Under the pieces are notes generated by a model that was given only the letters and a program-made list of their open reading frames with translations, did not search any database and was not told the DNA's origin. A stretch of DNA of 41,593 bases from Acidobacteriota bacterium (GTDB taxonomy: Bacteria; Acidobacteriota; Thermoanaerobaculia; UBA5066; Gp7-AA6): contig JBDTXY010000001.1 in NCBI GenBank assembly GCA_040005945.1, positions 1 through 41,593 on the forward strand, given 5' to 3'. Made by a program: the position numbers and the translations under genes. Position 1 is the stretch's first letter, and each line of letters starts with the position of its first letter. Positions 7,796 through 16,700 of this stretch are shown here, piece by piece.

Positions 7796-10269
7796 GCGGA
7801 CGCCCCCTCTTCGGCCTGCAGGAACGGCTCGAACGCTTCCTTCCGCTGCGCCCGGTCGTACGCGACACGCGGCTCGATCGAGCCGTCCTGAACGAGGTTG
7901 AGCAGCGCGCCGTCCATCAGGATCATCCCGGAGGAGGCCGCGGTTTGAATCGCGGTCGGGATCTGAAAGGTCTTGGAGTCCCGGATCAACCCGGCCACGT
8001 TGGGCGTATTGCGCAGGATCTCGTAGGCCGCGATCCGCCCCGCGCCGTCGCGCCGCGGCAGCAGCGACTGCGAGATCACCGCCTTGAGGGAGTCGGCCAC
8101 CATCATGCGGATCTGTCCCTGCTGGTCGGACGGGAACGCGTTGATGATGCGATCCACCGTCGAGGAGGCCGTGGTCGTGTGCAGAGTCGCCAGCACGAGG
8201 TGGCCCGTCTCGGAAGCCGTGATCGCCAGCGAGATCGTCTCCAGGTCGCGCATCTCGCCCACGAGGATGACGTCGGGATCCTCGCGCAGCGATTGCCGCA
8301 GCGCCTTGGCGAAGGATCGCGAGTGGGAGGGCACTTCCCGCTGGTTGACCAGGGATTCCTTGTTGGCGTGGACGTACTCGATCGGGTCTTCGACCGTCAG
8401 GATGTGGCCGCGCTCGGTCTCGTTGATGCGGTCCACCAGGGCCGCGAGCGTCGTCGTCTTGCCGCAGCCCGCGGGACCCGTCACCAGGATGAGCCCCTGC
8501 GAGTACGAGGTGATCTCCCAGAGGCTCTCGGGCAAACGGATGTCGGTCAAATTGGGGATCTCGTAGGGCACCAGCCGCATGACGGCTCCCGGCCCCTTGC
8601 GCTGGTAGAACAGGTTCGTGCGGAAGCGGCCCAGCTCCGAGTCCTTGTAACAGAAATCGAGCTGTCGCTTCTCCTCCAGCAGTTGCTTGTGCCCGTCGGT
8701 CAGCAGCGTGGACAGCCACCCATCCACCTGCTGGGTGGTGGACGGAGGCATCGGCAGCGGCCCCAGGCGGCCGTACACCCGCAACTGCGGCACCGTGCCC
8801 GCCGAGATGTGCACGTCGGAGGCCCCCACGGCGCGCGCGTGGCGCAGCAGGTCGTTCAACGTGGGCTTGGGAGTGGCAGTGAAGTCCAGCGGCGCGAACA
8901 CGCGCGCGCCGGGCGCCTGCCCCAGGAAGGTTCCGGTGCGTTGGGCGGCAATCTGGGCGGCCTTCTCCTTGACCAGGGGCTCCGAGTCGACCTGAACGAT
9001 GTTGGCCAGCAGGGCGGCGATCCGCGGATCCTCGATCTTTCCAAAGGCGTCCAGGATTTCCAGCCGGAGCTCCCGCTGGTTCTTGGCCGCCTTGTAGGCC
9101 TCCAGCAGGCCCGGAAGCGCCTTGGGCGTTCCCCAGATGCCGAGGGCAGCCGCGGCCGAGAGGCTGGATTCGGGGTTCTGAAGCATCTTGAGGAGGTGGG
9201 GCAGCGCTGATTCATCCCGAATCTCCGCCAGCGCCAGCGCGGCCCGATCGCGCAGCCACCAATCATCGTCCGAAAGAAACCGAATGCAGTGCGGGACCGC
9301 CTCCGCCGAACGGATGGTGACGGCGATGGACACGGCCAACGCCTTCTCGACCGGGTCCGCAGAGGAGCCGCGGTCCAGGAACGCGCGGATGAACTGCGGG
9401 CCCAGCTCGCGGAGCGCGTCCACCGCGAGGTCCTTGGCGGGGCCGTACGTCGTGCGGAAGGTGCGGAGGAACGCCTCGGCGATGTGGCCGGGGTCCTGAG
9501 TCGCGATGATGCGGGAGGCCAGCTGGCGCACCTTGGGGTTCGAATCGGAGAGCAGGGGCAGCAGCTCGTCGTTCCACTTCTGCGAGCGAGCCAGGAGCGG
9601 GGCCAGGGTGGCGATCGCGGCGTCCTGGACCCGGTGCGAATCGTTGCGGCAATGATTCAGCAGGGGCGCCAGCTGCGACTCGTCGGGATACTTGGAGAGG
9701 AGCTGAACGGCGCGGAATCGGATCTCTTCGTCCTCATCGTCCAGCGCCATCAGCGCCATCGGCCCGACCCGGGCGGAGCTCGTCGCCTCGATGATGCCGA
9801 AGGCCTTCTTGCGGACGGCCGGCGGATTCTCGGAAGTCAGTGCCTTGGCGATCCAGGACAGCGCGCGCTCGTTGGGATTGCGGCGGAGGTAGTCCAGCGC
9901 GGCGTGAACGACCACGGGATCCGGATTGCCCATGAACACCTGGATGCGGTCCAGGAAGTTTCCCCCCGCCAGCTGCTCCAGAGACTGCATGGTCTGGCGC
10001 CGCACCGCCTCGGTCTTGGAGGCCAGAAACGGGAACAAGGACGCCGCGGCCGCGTCGTAGGGAAACCGCTTGAGCATCGCCAGGCCTCCCTGGCGCAGCG
10101 CGACGTCGGTCTCCACACCCATCCAGGCGACGTCTCCGACCTCCAGGTCCGTCAGCGCGGCGACGGCGCGCACCAGCTCATCCCGCTCCACGTCCGTCTT
10201 CCACTTGCGGGCGTGGAGCTTGACGAGCAGCTCTTCGACGGCGGCCGATCTTCGCTTAACGGGCCACAT
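7792..10269 (-). CDS. HEAT-repeat domain fused to a PilT/PilU-family ATPase
   Basis: Residues 1-~467 contain HEAT/PBS-lyase-like repeats (NPDPVVVHAALDYLRR, DEDEEIRFRAVQLLSKY, DSNPKVRQLASRII, DDDWWLRDRAALALAEIRDESALPHLLKML). Residues ~468-825 form a complete PilT-type ATPase: ASDVHISAGTVPQLRVYGRL, Walker A GPAGCGKTT, EDPIEY, VILVGEMRD, HLVLATLHT. Confidence 0.9.
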   Translation of the reverse strand: MWPVKRRSAAVEELLVKLHARKWKTDVERDELVRAVAALTDLEVGDVAWMGVETDVALRQGGLAMLKRFPYDAAAASLFPFLASKTEAVRRQTMQSLEQLAGGNFLDRIQVFMGNPDPVVVHAALDYLRRNPNERALSWIAKALTSENPPAVRKKAFGIIEATSSARVGPMALMALDDEDEEIRFRAVQLLSKYPDESQLAPLLNHCRNDSHRVQDAAIATLAPLLARSQKWNDELLPLLSDSNPKVRQLASRIIATQDPGHIAEAFLRTFRTTYGPAKDLAVDALRELGPQFIRAFLDRGSSADPVEKALAVSIAVTIRSAEAVPHCIRFLSDDDWWLRDRAALALAEIRDESALPHLLKMLQNPESSLSAAAALGIWGTPKALPGLLEAYKAAKNQRELRLEILDAFGKIEDPRIAALLANIVQVDSEPLVKEKAAQIAAQRTGTFLGQAPGARVFAPLDFTATPKPTLNDLLRHARAVGASDVHISAGTVPQLRVYGRLGPLPMPPSTTQQVDGWLSTLLTDGHKQLLEEKRQLDFCYKDSELGRFRTNLFYQRKGPGAVMRLVPYEIPNLTDIRLPESLWEITSYSQGLILVTGPAGCGKTTTLAALVDRINETERGHILTVEDPIEYVHANKESLVNQREVPSHSRSFAKALRQSLREDPDVILVGEMRDLETISLAITASETGHLVLATLHTTTASSTVDRIINAFPSDQQGQIRMMVADSLKAVISQSLLPRRDGAGRIAAYEILRNTPNVAGLIRDSKTFQIPTAIQTAASSGMILMDGALLNLVQDGSIEPRVAYDRAQRKEAFEPFLQAEEGASA

Positions 10270-10441
10270 GTGCGATCAACTGAGATCAGTGTAGGGAGTC
10301 GAGCGTTCAGAGTCGAGTCGGGACTCCGGAGCCCGAGATCGCACCTCCGAGATCGTCGACATGGGACCGACAAGCCGCTACACTAGGGTCCATAAACCCG
10401 GCGAATTGGCCTCAGGGGCCGTCGAATTCGAAGATGAACGT

Positions 10442-10459
10442 CTGTTACCCGAAGTAACG
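10442..10459. promoter_or_regulatory. Palindrome CTGTTAC-CCGAA-GTAACG, candidate enhancer-binding-protein site (UAS)
   Basis: Inverted repeat TGTTAC/GTAAC separated by 5 nt, lying 97 nt upstream of the GG of the sigma-54-like element at 10547. An almost identical palindrome sits at the same distance from the second sigma-54-like element (20371-20389). Confidence 0.45.
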
Positions 10460-10546
10460 AAAGCTGGCTCATTTCTTCGAGACCCAAGGGGGCATGGAAT
10501 TGCTAAACGCCTGTGAAACAAGAGCCTTGCGACAAAGTGAGATACA

Positions 10547-10562
10547 CGGCACGGGAATCGCT
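10547..10562 (+). promoter_or_regulatory. Sigma-54 (-24/-12) promoter candidate for the minor-pilin operon
   Basis: CGGCACGGGAATCGCT fits the GG-N10-GC spacing of the TGGCACG-N4-TTGCW consensus. It differs at only one base from the element at 20473-20488. Caveat: the -12 GC is only 17 nt from ATG 10578, leaving almost no leader. Confidence 0.45.
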
Positions 10563-10577
10563 TTACGTCGCTACGTA

Positions 10578-11093
10578 ATGGTCCCAAATGCGTCGGTCGA
10601 TCGAAGCCATGGCTTCACGCTCGTGGAGATTCTGGTGGTAATGGCCATCTTCGCCGCCATGGCGCTGGTGGGCGTTCCGTACATGCTCAAGATCGCGCAG
10701 CGCAACGCGCTCAAGAGCGCCGCGCGGGAGATCTCCGTGACGCTGGCCGCGGCGCGAATGACGGCGGTCAAGCAAAACCAACCCGTGACCGTGGCCATCG
10801 GATCGGTCACTCCCCCCATCCAGTTCCTGACCATCCAGTCCGCGCCGCTGGCGGGGACGCCGACCCCGGTTCCGCAACTGCTGATTCTGCCCCGCAACGC
10901 GGCGCGGTTTCTGGCCACACCAGTCGGGGGCACCGTGATTTTCGGCGGAGACGGCCGGCTCAGCAATCCGCCGTTGACGCCGTCCGTGATCACGGTGGAG
11001 GGTCCCACGAACTCCATCCCCAGAAACTCGATCTCGATCAGCACCGCCGTCAACGGCCGAATCCAGGTGATCACACCGGTGGACTGGAAATGA
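10578..11093 (+). CDS. FimT/GspH-like minor pilin (prepilin-type N-terminus)
   Basis: MVPNASVDRSHG|FTLVEILVVMAIFAAMALVGVPYM, followed by a GspH-like RNALKSAAREISVTLAAARMTAVKQNQPVTV. The ORF-track start at 10494 would give an implausible 40-aa leader. Confidence 0.85.
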   Translation: MVPNASVDRSHGFTLVEILVVMAIFAAMALVGVPYMLKIAQRNALKSAAREISVTLAAARMTAVKQNQPVTVAIGSVTPPIQFLTIQSAPLAGTPTPVPQLLILPRNAARFLATPVGGTVIFGGDGRLSNPPLTPSVITVEGPTNSIPRNSISISTAVNGRIQVITPVDWK

Positions 11094-11695
11094 ACGCGAC
11101 CCGCCTTCGCCGCGAAGCCGGCGTCACCTTAGTCGAGCTGCTGATCGCGAGCGTGCTGCTCGCGTTGATCCTGTTGGCGATCGCGCCGCTCTTCATTGGC
11201 AGCGTCAGATCCAATTACGCGGCCAACGAATACACCAGCATCAACAACCTCGCGCGGGACCGGTTGGAACAGCTCATGAGCATCCCCATCCCCGAGCCGG
11301 ATCCGTTGGTATTTCCCGGCTACCAGCCGCAGCTCGACTTGAACGGGGGACCGGCTGCCGATGGGAACTATCCCAACGATCTTCCGACGCGACTGCCGGA
11401 CCCGTTGACGGAGGTCATCTCGGCCACGTCGGTCCGGAATCCGCTCGTGCGCACGTATACGGTGACGCACTGGACCTCCTCGGAGCCGGTTTGCCTCGCT
11501 CCCGGCTGCACGCCGAATCCCTGGATCCTTCAACAGGTCACTACCGTGGGCAACCCGTACGATTTCAAGAAGATCGACGTGACGGTCAGCTCCGTTAGGC
11601 CGGGAGGCACCGGATCGCTGCTGGGGATCGGCCAGAGGACCGCGCAGGTCTCGGGCTTCCTGCGCAACCCGGACCCCGCGGGGAACTTCCGATGA
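11090..11695 (+). CDS. pilV: PilV-like minor pilin
   Basis: The start overlaps the upstream stop (ATGA). N-terminus MNATRLRREAG|VTLVELLIASVLLALILLAIAPLF has the class III signal shape, with Val instead of Phe at +1 and Glu at +5. Its position is second in the canonical fimT/U-pilV-W-X-Y1 order. Confidence 0.7.
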   Translation: MNATRLRREAGVTLVELLIASVLLALILLAIAPLFIGSVRSNYAANEYTSINNLARDRLEQLMSIPIPEPDPLVFPGYQPQLDLNGGPAADGNYPNDLPTRLPDPLTEVISATSVRNPLVRTYTVTHWTSSEPVCLAPGCTPNPWILQQVTTVGNPYDFKKIDVTVSSVRPGGTGSLLGIGQRTAQVSGFLRNPDPAGNFR

Positions 11696-13161
11696 GCGCC
11701 TGCAGCACAGGGGCTCGCGCCCGGCGTCACCCGGCGGCCGGTTTCACGCTGATCGAGATGATCGTCGTGACGCTCCTTCTGATGATCGCGATGCTGGGCC
11801 TTCTGGCCGTTTTCGACGCGAGCTCGCGCATCAACAAGAGCGAGACCGACGTCGCCGACGCCCAGGGCAACGTCCGCTACGGCGTCTACCAGATGACCAA
11901 AGTCATCCGGATGGCGGGGGCCGGCGGCCTCTTCATCACCCAGGCCGTCATCAATGCCAATGCCAATCCCGCGTGGCCAGGGATCAACGTTTCGGGCTTC
12001 TACAACAACATCACCTCCGGCACCATCGATACGGCGGACGGCGGCGGTTCGACGGTCACCATCCGTCCCGGGACGGACATGATCGAGATCCGAGGCGTCA
12101 TCCTCTCGCCGCTGATCGGGTTCGATCAGTCGTCGGGCTGTGGCGGCGGGGGCTGCACCGGAACCGAGAACGTTCTGGTCAAGGAGATCGTCGGCGATCC
12201 GCTCATCGGTGAGCATCTCAACGACGACTCCACGTCGGGAAGCCCTCAGCGGCCCCAGTTCACGACGGTCGACACCTACACCGCCAGCGTCACCGGGACC
12301 AACAAGATGTACGTCGTGGTCGAGGACGGAAACTCCGACCTGCACACGGGCTGCTCTCCGCCGCCTCCCAGCCTGACGCAGCGATTCGCACAGCCGTTCT
12401 ACAACGTGGGCGCGATCTCGGTGCCGACGACCCTGAGATCTCCGGGTCTGACGTTTGGCCCCGTCGCGTTTGGCGACGCCACGGCCATGCGGTACAACCC
12501 CGAAATGCCTTCCGTCAAGAGCACGCAGCTGCCCGCGGCCATCGGGAAGGTGCGTCGGGCCGGAATCATGGACGACATCATCTTCTTCATCGGGATGCTC
12601 CCGACCTGCGGCGGCACGCCGGGGCCAGGCTGCGACCCGCTGGGCCAGCATCCGTATCTGGCTCAGGGCATCCGGCGCGGGAACCACTTCGAGGTCAGTC
12701 CGCTGGCCGACGACGTCGAGGACCTGCAGATCGCGTACGGGGTCGACACCAACGGAGACTTCGCGGTCACGCGCCTGGACGCAAAGCCGTATACCGATCC
12801 CTTCAACCAGGATCCGAATGTCTCGACGACCCTGGGCGGGGACGAGTGGCAGCCCAATGTTGCAGCCGAGCCGTTGTATGCCGACGTGGCCTTCCAGAGC
12901 CAGAACCCGTTTCCGGGCAGCAACGAACATCCCGGCATCCCCCCGGCCGCGCACTGTCCCCGTCTGCGGGGCGTGATGGTCTCACTTCTGGCCAAGGCGC
13001 ACGACCCGGACCCGAACTACCGCGGGCCGGGCGCCACCGGTTTTCGTCTGATGGACGTGCTCCCGGCCTCGGGCCCCCCGATCACGGCCGTTCCGGGTCG
13101 ATACCGCCGAAGAGTCCAAACGATCAAGATCAACCTTCGCAACTACGAGTTTCAGGGATGA
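11692..13161 (+). CDS. pilW: PilW-like minor pilin
   Basis: ATGA overlap with the upstream gene. ...HPAAG|FTLIEMIVVTLLLMIAMLGLLAVFDASSR. The large (489 aa) size and third position in the operon match PilW. Confidence 0.75.
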   Translation: MSACSTGARARRHPAAGFTLIEMIVVTLLLMIAMLGLLAVFDASSRINKSETDVADAQGNVRYGVYQMTKVIRMAGAGGLFITQAVINANANPAWPGINVSGFYNNITSGTIDTADGGGSTVTIRPGTDMIEIRGVILSPLIGFDQSSGCGGGGCTGTENVLVKEIVGDPLIGEHLNDDSTSGSPQRPQFTTVDTYTASVTGTNKMYVVVEDGNSDLHTGCSPPPPSLTQRFAQPFYNVGAISVPTTLRSPGLTFGPVAFGDATAMRYNPEMPSVKSTQLPAAIGKVRRAGIMDDIIFFIGMLPTCGGTPGPGCDPLGQHPYLAQGIRRGNHFEVSPLADDVEDLQIAYGVDTNGDFAVTRLDAKPYTDPFNQDPNVSTTLGGDEWQPNVAAEPLYADVAFQSQNPFPGSNEHPGIPPAAHCPRLRGVMVSLLAKAHDPDPNYRGPGATGFRLMDVLPASGPPITAVPGRYRRRVQTIKINLRNYEFQG

Positions 13162-13709
13162 CCATGCGCACACGACGCAGCGAACGAGGCGCCGCCCTGG
13201 TCGTCGCCATCCTGGTGTTGGCGATCCTGACCGTCATCGGCATCGCGCTGATGCTGATCACCTCCACGGAATCGCGGATCGCGGCCAATGAATGGTCGGT
13301 CAACCGCGGCTTCTACGCCGCCGACGCCGGGGTGCGCTGGTCTTCGGTCGAGATGAACAACACGCAATCCTTTCTGACGCGAAACGAGTTCAAGAAGGCC
13401 GACAGCACCAGCAATCCCTTCGGGTATGTCCTCTTCAACATGGAAGGACACCAGTTCCGCCAGGGCTCGCTGCTGCCCGGGAGCTTCCTGCAGAATCAAA
13501 ACGACATCGACGTGAAGGTGAGCACCCCCGGGCGCCTGGGACGGCGTCCCTACCGGGGAGGCATCATCAACGAGCAGGGGTCGCGCGCCCAATACCTTTA
13601 CGCTTTTGAGCTGCGCTCCCGAGGCGCAGACGACCGGTTCCTGAAGTATTCCAAGTCACTCGTAGCAGACGTGGAAGTCGGACCGCTCCCGGCCCGCCTC
13701 CCGTTCTGA
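13158..13709 (+). CDS. pilX: PilX-like minor pilin (PilX N-terminal domain)
   Basis: ATG 13158 overlaps the pilW stop (ATGA). [59 protein letters not shown] matches the PilX_N pattern (ERG-A-L..AL..L..L...G......E.R.A.N......A..AA.AG). The ORF-track extension to 12846 is read-through of pilW. Confidence 0.8.
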   Translation: MTMRTRRSERGAALVVAILVLAILTVIGIALMLITSTESRIAANEWSVNRGFYAADAGVRWSSVEMNNTQSFLTRNEFKKADSTSNPFGYVLFNMEGHQFRQGSLLPGSFLQNQNDIDVKVSTPGRLGRRPYRGGIINEQGSRAQYLYAFELRSRGADDRFLKYSKSLVADVEVGPLPARLPF

Positions 13710-13720
13710 GGAGATTCCCG

Positions 13721-16700
13721 ATGAGACAGCGTCCGGTTACGACTTCAAGAGGCCTCGTAGGTTGGGCGGCGCGCCATCGTGCGGCGGCCACCTTCCTGCT
13801 GCTGTTCATGATGGCCTCACCCGCCACGCCGGATGATCGCCAGCTGCTCCAGGCCAATGCCGGAGCGTCGGCGGACGTTCTCCTGATCCTGGACTCCTCG
13901 AACTCCATGAACTTCGACTTCACCAATTTCTATCGATTGCCCGCGTACATGGACGATTTCGTCTACCCGGAAGGCACGACGGCGGGGGCCGAGGGGTCCA
14001 AGCTTGGCATCGCCAAGAGCGTGCTCCGCGAGGTCATCACGAAGACCACGGGCGTCAATTGGGCGTTCTCCTATTACCGCAATCCCAAACAGACCCTGGG
14101 CGCCGCCAACGCCGACACCGGTCTCCTGGATCCCTCGAAGCTGGGTGAGCCGATCGGGGGCGCCGTCAACAAGAACGACTACCTGGAGAATGGCGGGCTC
14201 GAGTGGTTCTACCTGGCCGAATGCATCGTCAGCTCGGCGGGCAGCAACGGAGGCTGTCTCGGGCTGCCGAGCGCGGTCTTCGACCCGGTGGAGTATCCCG
14301 ACGTGCAGGCCGGCCGGTTTCTGCAGCTCGGCCACAAGGTCATGCGCAACTACACACCCGACCCGCGGTATCCGTATCCCGGTGCGACCCCCGGCACCTG
14401 GCGCGGCTCCTTCGGGCCGCACTCTCAGAAACCCGGCTTCACCAAGAACAATCCCGAGGGACTGGTCGTCTACCGCAACCCGAACAAGCCGGGCTTCGAG
14501 CTCCGAATGACCGCCGTGAATCATCCGTACGGTGACCCGTTTATCTTCGTCAAGGTCGAAGAGTTCGCGGCGCCGGCCGTCCCCACGGTCACTCCGACGA
14601 CGACCCCGACGGTCACGGCGACGCCCACCTCGACCAGCACGCCGACGCTGACGAAGACCCCGAAGACCAAGACTCCGACGCCGACCCCTCCTCCGACCAA
14701 CACGCCGACGATCACTCTGACACCTTCCCTGACGCCGACGAAGACGCCGGTGACACCCACCCTGACGCCGTCGAAAACCTTCACGGCGACCAAGACCTTC
14801 ACGGCGACGCCGATCACCCCGACGAACACGCCGACGAAGACCCTGACGCCCACCAACACCTTCACGCCGACGAAGACCTTCACGGGCACGCCCATCACCC
14901 CGACGAACACGCCGACGAATACCCTGACGCCCACGCCCACCGTCCCGACGAACACGCCGACGAAGACCTTCACGGCGACGCCGATCACGCCGACGAAGAC
15001 GCCGTCGAACACCAAGACGCCGACACCGATCACCCCGACGGACACGCCGACGAAGACCTTTACGGCGACGCCGGTGACGCCCACGAGCACGAAGACCCCC
15101 GTGCCGACGAATACCCAGACGGCGACGCCCCTCCCGGCGACGAACACGCCGACCAAGACGCCGACGGTCGTGACGTCCACGCCGACGAAGACTCCGACGA
15201 TCTACATTCCGCCGACGACTGGTGGAGGCGCGATGCCCCCGCAAAGCCTGCTGCCGGTGATCGCAAACTGGCTTCCGCCGGCCGTTCGAGGTCTTCTGGC
15301 CATGGCTCCGCCGCCGCCGCCGATGCAGACGCCCGGCCCCTGCGCCGGCATCCTCATCACGCCGAAGGCCGACTGCGCGCCGTGTCCGTGGGAAGCTCTG
15401 GATTCGCCTCCGGGCACCAATCCCGGATATCCCCACTACCTCTGCGCGTACCAGGACGCCAACGGAGACAAGGCGATCAACCCGACCGAGAAGGCTCCTT
15501 CGAACCTCATTCCGCTGGACCCGAACCTGCGCGGATTCGACGATCCGCAGGCGGACCCCGATACGACGTTCGTCTCCACGAGCAAGATTGCGTTCATCAA
15601 GTATCGCCGGGGCGACCAGTTCAGCTTTCCGCCCAAGTACACGGCGGGCGACGACCTCACCGGCAATCCCCCGTGGGGATCGTGCATCGACGGCACCAAC
15701 AAGAAGGCCTGCCCGGTGTTTCCGGACTACGACGCGGACGGCAAGGCAGACACCCCGTGCGTTCCCGTCACCGCCTGCGATCGCCACAACCAGGGCATGT
15801 ACGCCGCCCTGTACGACGCCGGTTCCGCCCCGCCGACGACCGGCCCGTATCCTGGGGTGGGAGTGGCGGGGTTGAACTACTCGCGGCCGTATCAGCAGTA
15901 TCCGCTGGACGCTTTCGCGGCCAAGTCCTGCCCGCTGGATATCCCGAGCTGCGACCCGACGACGTGGGACTGCGGCGGCTTCGCGCACTTCAACGGGTTC
16001 ACGGCGAGAGACGGCACGCCCTATTCCGGCGTCGCGCCAGATGACTTGTCGGTGAACTCCCCCAACAACGGCGGCTCGCCCTACGCAACCGGCACCGAAC
16101 CTCCGGCTCCTGAGCGGTGGCCGGTCGTTCCGTTCAAGCGCGATTGGGATCCGTACAGGGCCACCGACTATCCGGCCGGAGGTCCTTCCGCCGACGAATC
16201 CATCAAGAAACTGCTGCGGTTCGTGTCGTCCATCGTGACCTACGATTCCGCCGCGCCGGACGTCACCACGGCCTACCGCCTCGCAGAGGACGCCAAGGAA
16301 GTCGTCGCGACAGCCTCGCAAACCCCCGTGGCTGGAGCGCTCGAGGACGCCTACAACTACTTCAAGGACAGCGTCTTCGCGCCGTCCACGGTCCCGGATC
16401 CGGCGGTGGACTGTCGAAACTTCATCATCGTCTACGTCACCGACGGCCTCGACGAATGCAACTCCAACCCGTGTACGGGAGGGCGGACCGGCCTCGGGGT
16501 CGCGGGCGACCTGAAAGACCTGCTGCTGCCCGAGAGCGCGCCGGGAGCTCGCGCGGCCGCCAACGCGGTCGACCCGACCATTCCCATCCGCGGAATTCCC
16601 GTCAACGTCGTGGCGATGGGAGACCCGACCGTCTTCACGAATCTGAGCTGCATCGCCGACAACAGCGGCGGTACCTTGTACGCCGCGACCGACCGCAGCA

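Noticed and set aside
10295-10355. Short direct repeats (GAGTCGAG twice, CCGAGATCG twice) and a GGAGTC/GACTCC inverted pair in the leader region of the HEAT-PilT operon.
   Set aside because: They are too short and irregular to distinguish from chance in one sequence. They could be regulator sites, but nothing supports a specific call.
10490-10504. Sigma-54-like GGGCATGGAATTGCT upstream of the minor-pilin operon.
   Set aside because: The GG-to-GC spacing is one base shorter than the invariant -24/-12 spacing, and the element overlaps the unlikely ATG at 10494.
14521-15180. Minus-strand 219-aa ORF made of GVFVGV repeats.
   Set aside because: It is the reverse-complement reading of the Thr/Pro repeat region of pilY1-like gene 1, not an independent gene.
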